64,000 bases of DNA from the human T2T-CHM13v2.0 reference genome, Homo sapiens. The notes under the pieces are model-generated. The model was not told the DNA's origin and made no database searches. It saw nothing but the letters and a program-made list of their open reading frames with translations. This document shows positions 60,330 through 64,000 of this stretch, one piece after another. Where the stretch lies: NCBI RefSeq assembly GCF_009914755.1, contig NC_060938.1, one strand, 5' to 3'. A program made the position numbers and the translations under genes. How positions within the stretch are numbered: position 1 is the stretch's first letter; each line of letters starts with the position of its first letter.

Positions 60330-60906
60330 TAAGTAATAGCAAGCCTGCTTTCAACCTGTGCTTTGTACTCTTTCACTTATATACTCTTATATACTGTTTT
60401 ACTATATACTCTTCTCTTTTACTTATGTACTCTTTTATCTAGTGTCATTCCTTGGGGATTATCTAACTCTGGTTTTAGCTTCTATCCATAATGTCATTTA
60501 AGGTCTTGTTACTCAGTCCCTATCAGCTATGAGAAATGAGATAAGGCTCTCTTTCTGGGCCCATAAGTGAACATCAGCTCTAGATGTTGTAAAATGCAAG
60601 TAGTAGCTCTTGGTGAACTCTTGCTCAGAACTCCCAACAGAAGATTTTGAAATGTTTAAGTATTGAAGAAAAGCATGTCCAAACTCTACAACATTAGTTA
60701 CGTTTGCTAATTTTCTCAAAAGCCTTTACAATGATAAAATGGTGGTAATATAGAGAGGTCAGGTAACTTACCATAGTAACTCTGAGGCAGGATATTAGAG
60801 TTCTATAGCCTGTGTTGTGTCCATTGACCCACACTGCTTTCCTGAGTTCTTTTAGTTAAGAGTCCAATTTCATGATTACTGGATCATCACAATAAGAATG
60901 AATAAT

Positions 60907-61203
<297 letters not shown>

Positions 61204-62003
61204 GAATGATAATGATAAATATAGCTACTACAGATGACGATAAAGGCTTTATCTCATCTATATCTTATATCTTTTTAAATCTGAAGGTGTTATTATTTTC
61301 ACTTTTTTAAACTCAGTCTTATCAGGAAATTTCCTCAGTGACCCATAGAGAGTAAGTGATGCATTGAGATTTGGACTTAGCTTTTCTGGATTTTGATCAC
61401 TTTGCTCTTTTGCCTCCTTTAATTATTGCTTGACACAGAGTAAAGAGAGAATCTGGTTTAAAGGTAAAATTCATTTTTAAGATTCTCCCTGAGTCCTTTT
61501 GGATATGTGTGTGCTATGTAACCTGAAAAATAGAGATAATATCTCCCAGGCTATTTTGTAGGGGTCTGGTTAGACTCAAATAGCATAATGTATGTGAAAT
61601 TACTTTGTAAGTGCTATACAAATGTAAGGCATTATTTTTACTGGTTTTAATATTGAATTTATGGTGGGCTTCTTGTAAGATACAAGATTACTTGTAATTT
61701 GAAAAAAATTGTTGAAGCATTAAGAAAGCTTTGAGGAAACGTTTCTTATCACTGTTAGGTCATAGAAACTAATAGAGATTTGAAAGTATATTTGGGTCAT
61801 TCTTGTTCAGGATAATTAAATGGATAATTCCCTCTGGTTACTTTCCCTTCTTCTGACTTTTTGCTTTCGGTGTGCTGCCTCTTACCCATTTCATAAAACT
61901 TTTAACTTCTGCTGCAAGTATCAGTCTTTCCCTTTTTAAAGGTTGTTCTTTTACTCCATTACTGTCTCTCTTATTAGTGGGTTTACAGATTGGGCCTGAC
62001 AAA

Positions 62004-62087
62004 TGTTAGATTGAACTATATGAAACTGCCATTTTGGTAGGTCAGAAACAGTCAAATACTGACGATTGCAGATAGTTTGACCTAATA
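62004..62087. mobile_element. MADE2-like mariner MITE
   Basis: About 80-bp imperfect palindrome TTAGATTGAACTATATGAAA...GATAGTTTGACCTAATA. Confidence 0.75.
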
Positions 62088-62644
62088 TTATAGTAGGTAC
62101 TTAGTAAATTCTTGCTGACTGAATAACGAAATGAAGGAATAAATGAAGGCTTTATACTTTACATTACCTTAGATCAGAGTTGTTAACTTTTTTATGCCAT
62201 GGATTCCTTACCAGAATAATGTTTTTAAGGCTTAAAATAAAATACATATTATTACAAAGAGTACTAATTACATTCAAATGCAGTTATTAAAACACATTTG
62301 TAACATAGTAATATGTGCTGTTTTACTAATACATTAAATAATAAGATCATTTCAAATCTGGGAAAGTTAAATTTTGTTTTCTAAAGACAACAACATGAAG
62401 ACTGTTTTTGTTTAGTTTGTGTAAGATCAGTACACTGGGAGGGTGGCCTTTGATTAACAATCATAGGTCGGGGGTACTGGGAAGCAGCATAGATGTCTGG
62501 GTCACCAGTGTGAGGTGTCATCATTTAGTGACTGAATGATTATTAGGAGGAGAGTTGCCCAATTGTTGTCCAACCTCATCACACTAGCATTTAGATAGAA
62601 AGACCATGATCACATGTGATCTAGGGGTGAGTCTTAAACTACTA

Positions 62645-62998
<354 letters not shown>

Positions 62999-64000
62999 TC
63001 AAAGGCACAGATAATGCTAATATTACTATGGTTCGTTGCCTATATTCATAATTAAGAAATACTGAATTTCTAGTAAAAGTTAGTGAAAATAAAGGTGTAA
63101 TTTTCCCTCTGCTCCCATCCAAATTTATGGACCACTTCCTCCTTTTAGACTCCTACTGTTGATTTTTAACTGTTGATCTTGTTTCATCAGCTTATGTCTT
63201 GTCTATCAGACACTTATTTTTTACATTAGGAAGCTTAAATCAATCTTGTTCACACCTGAAGCAGCAGGCTTACATTTTAAAAGTTGATTTAGAAGTTTGA
63301 AGGCCATAAATCATCGGAAGATGTTGACTTGATCCAAAGATGTATATCCATGGACATCTGTTAGATCTGCTCAGATCCCTAGGCTGTGTTAAAGTATTAA
63401 TTCCTTGCAATCGTGGACTTCAGGAATAGAAACTATCCAGGCAGTCTTGTTTTGCATGGTATTATTTCAAATAGAAAATGTAAAGAGGCTGTTTTTCTAT
63501 ATTTTGCTTGGGGATCCCAAATACAACTCTGTATGTAGATATAGAAGCTTTCGTAGAAGAACGTGATGTAAGATTTCTTTGGTCACTGAAAAAATGTCAA
63601 CTTTAATTGCTATTGTAAAAGGCTGGCTTTATATCAGTTAAAAAGATTATTAACAATCAATTATAAAGTGGGTGCTATAGGAGTTCAGAGAAGGAAGTAT
63701 CGTAATGGGCTGAAGGAGCTGGGGAAGGCTGCCTGAAGGTGGTGAGACTTTAGGTAGGCCTTGGAGAGTGGGCTTAGATAAACAGAAGTGGGGAAGGCAT
63801 TTCTAATAGGGGTAGTGGTATGAAGACAGCCTAGAAGCAAGAATGCAAAAGCTGCTTACAGCTCCATCTTTGAGTTATGTAGGCTGGGTCCCAGGAGTGA
63901 ATGATGTCTATTTCTCATGAAATTATTCCCGGAAAACCAAAATGTTTTTAGGCTTTCAATAAAGTGAATCATAAAACTGATCTGCTTCGGTAATTATTCA

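Overview
Primate (almost certainly human) genomic DNA, Alu-rich, with three spliced protein-coding genes. (1) FLVCR2 (SLC49A2/MFSD7C, an MFS choline/ethanolamine transporter) lies on +: the window starts inside intron 1 and holds an internal alternative first exon (2687-2740), coding exons 2-10 and the 3'UTR. (2) ERG28 (C14orf1) lies complete on -, with 5 exons and 140 aa ending in a KKxx motif. (3) TTLL5 exons 1-2 lie on +, sharing a CpG-island bidirectional promoter with ERG28. All exon boundaries were read by hand as GT-AG, with reading phases that join correctly. Also present are a 3'-truncated 5S rRNA retropseudogene, two ERV1 solo LTRs, two MaLR LTRs, about 30 Alus and several DNA-transposon fossils. 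Almost all ORFs in the supplied track are Alu-derived or chance ORFs. I found no evidence for a wholly new gene system. The most notable signals are an ATF4-like triple-uORF leader on TTLL5, the N-truncated FLVCR2 isoform, a perfect 73-bp microhomology-flanked tandem duplication, the tailless 5S insertion and inverted Alu pairs around exons. Gene and repeat names come from recall of the sequences, not from a database search, and repeat boundaries are approximate.
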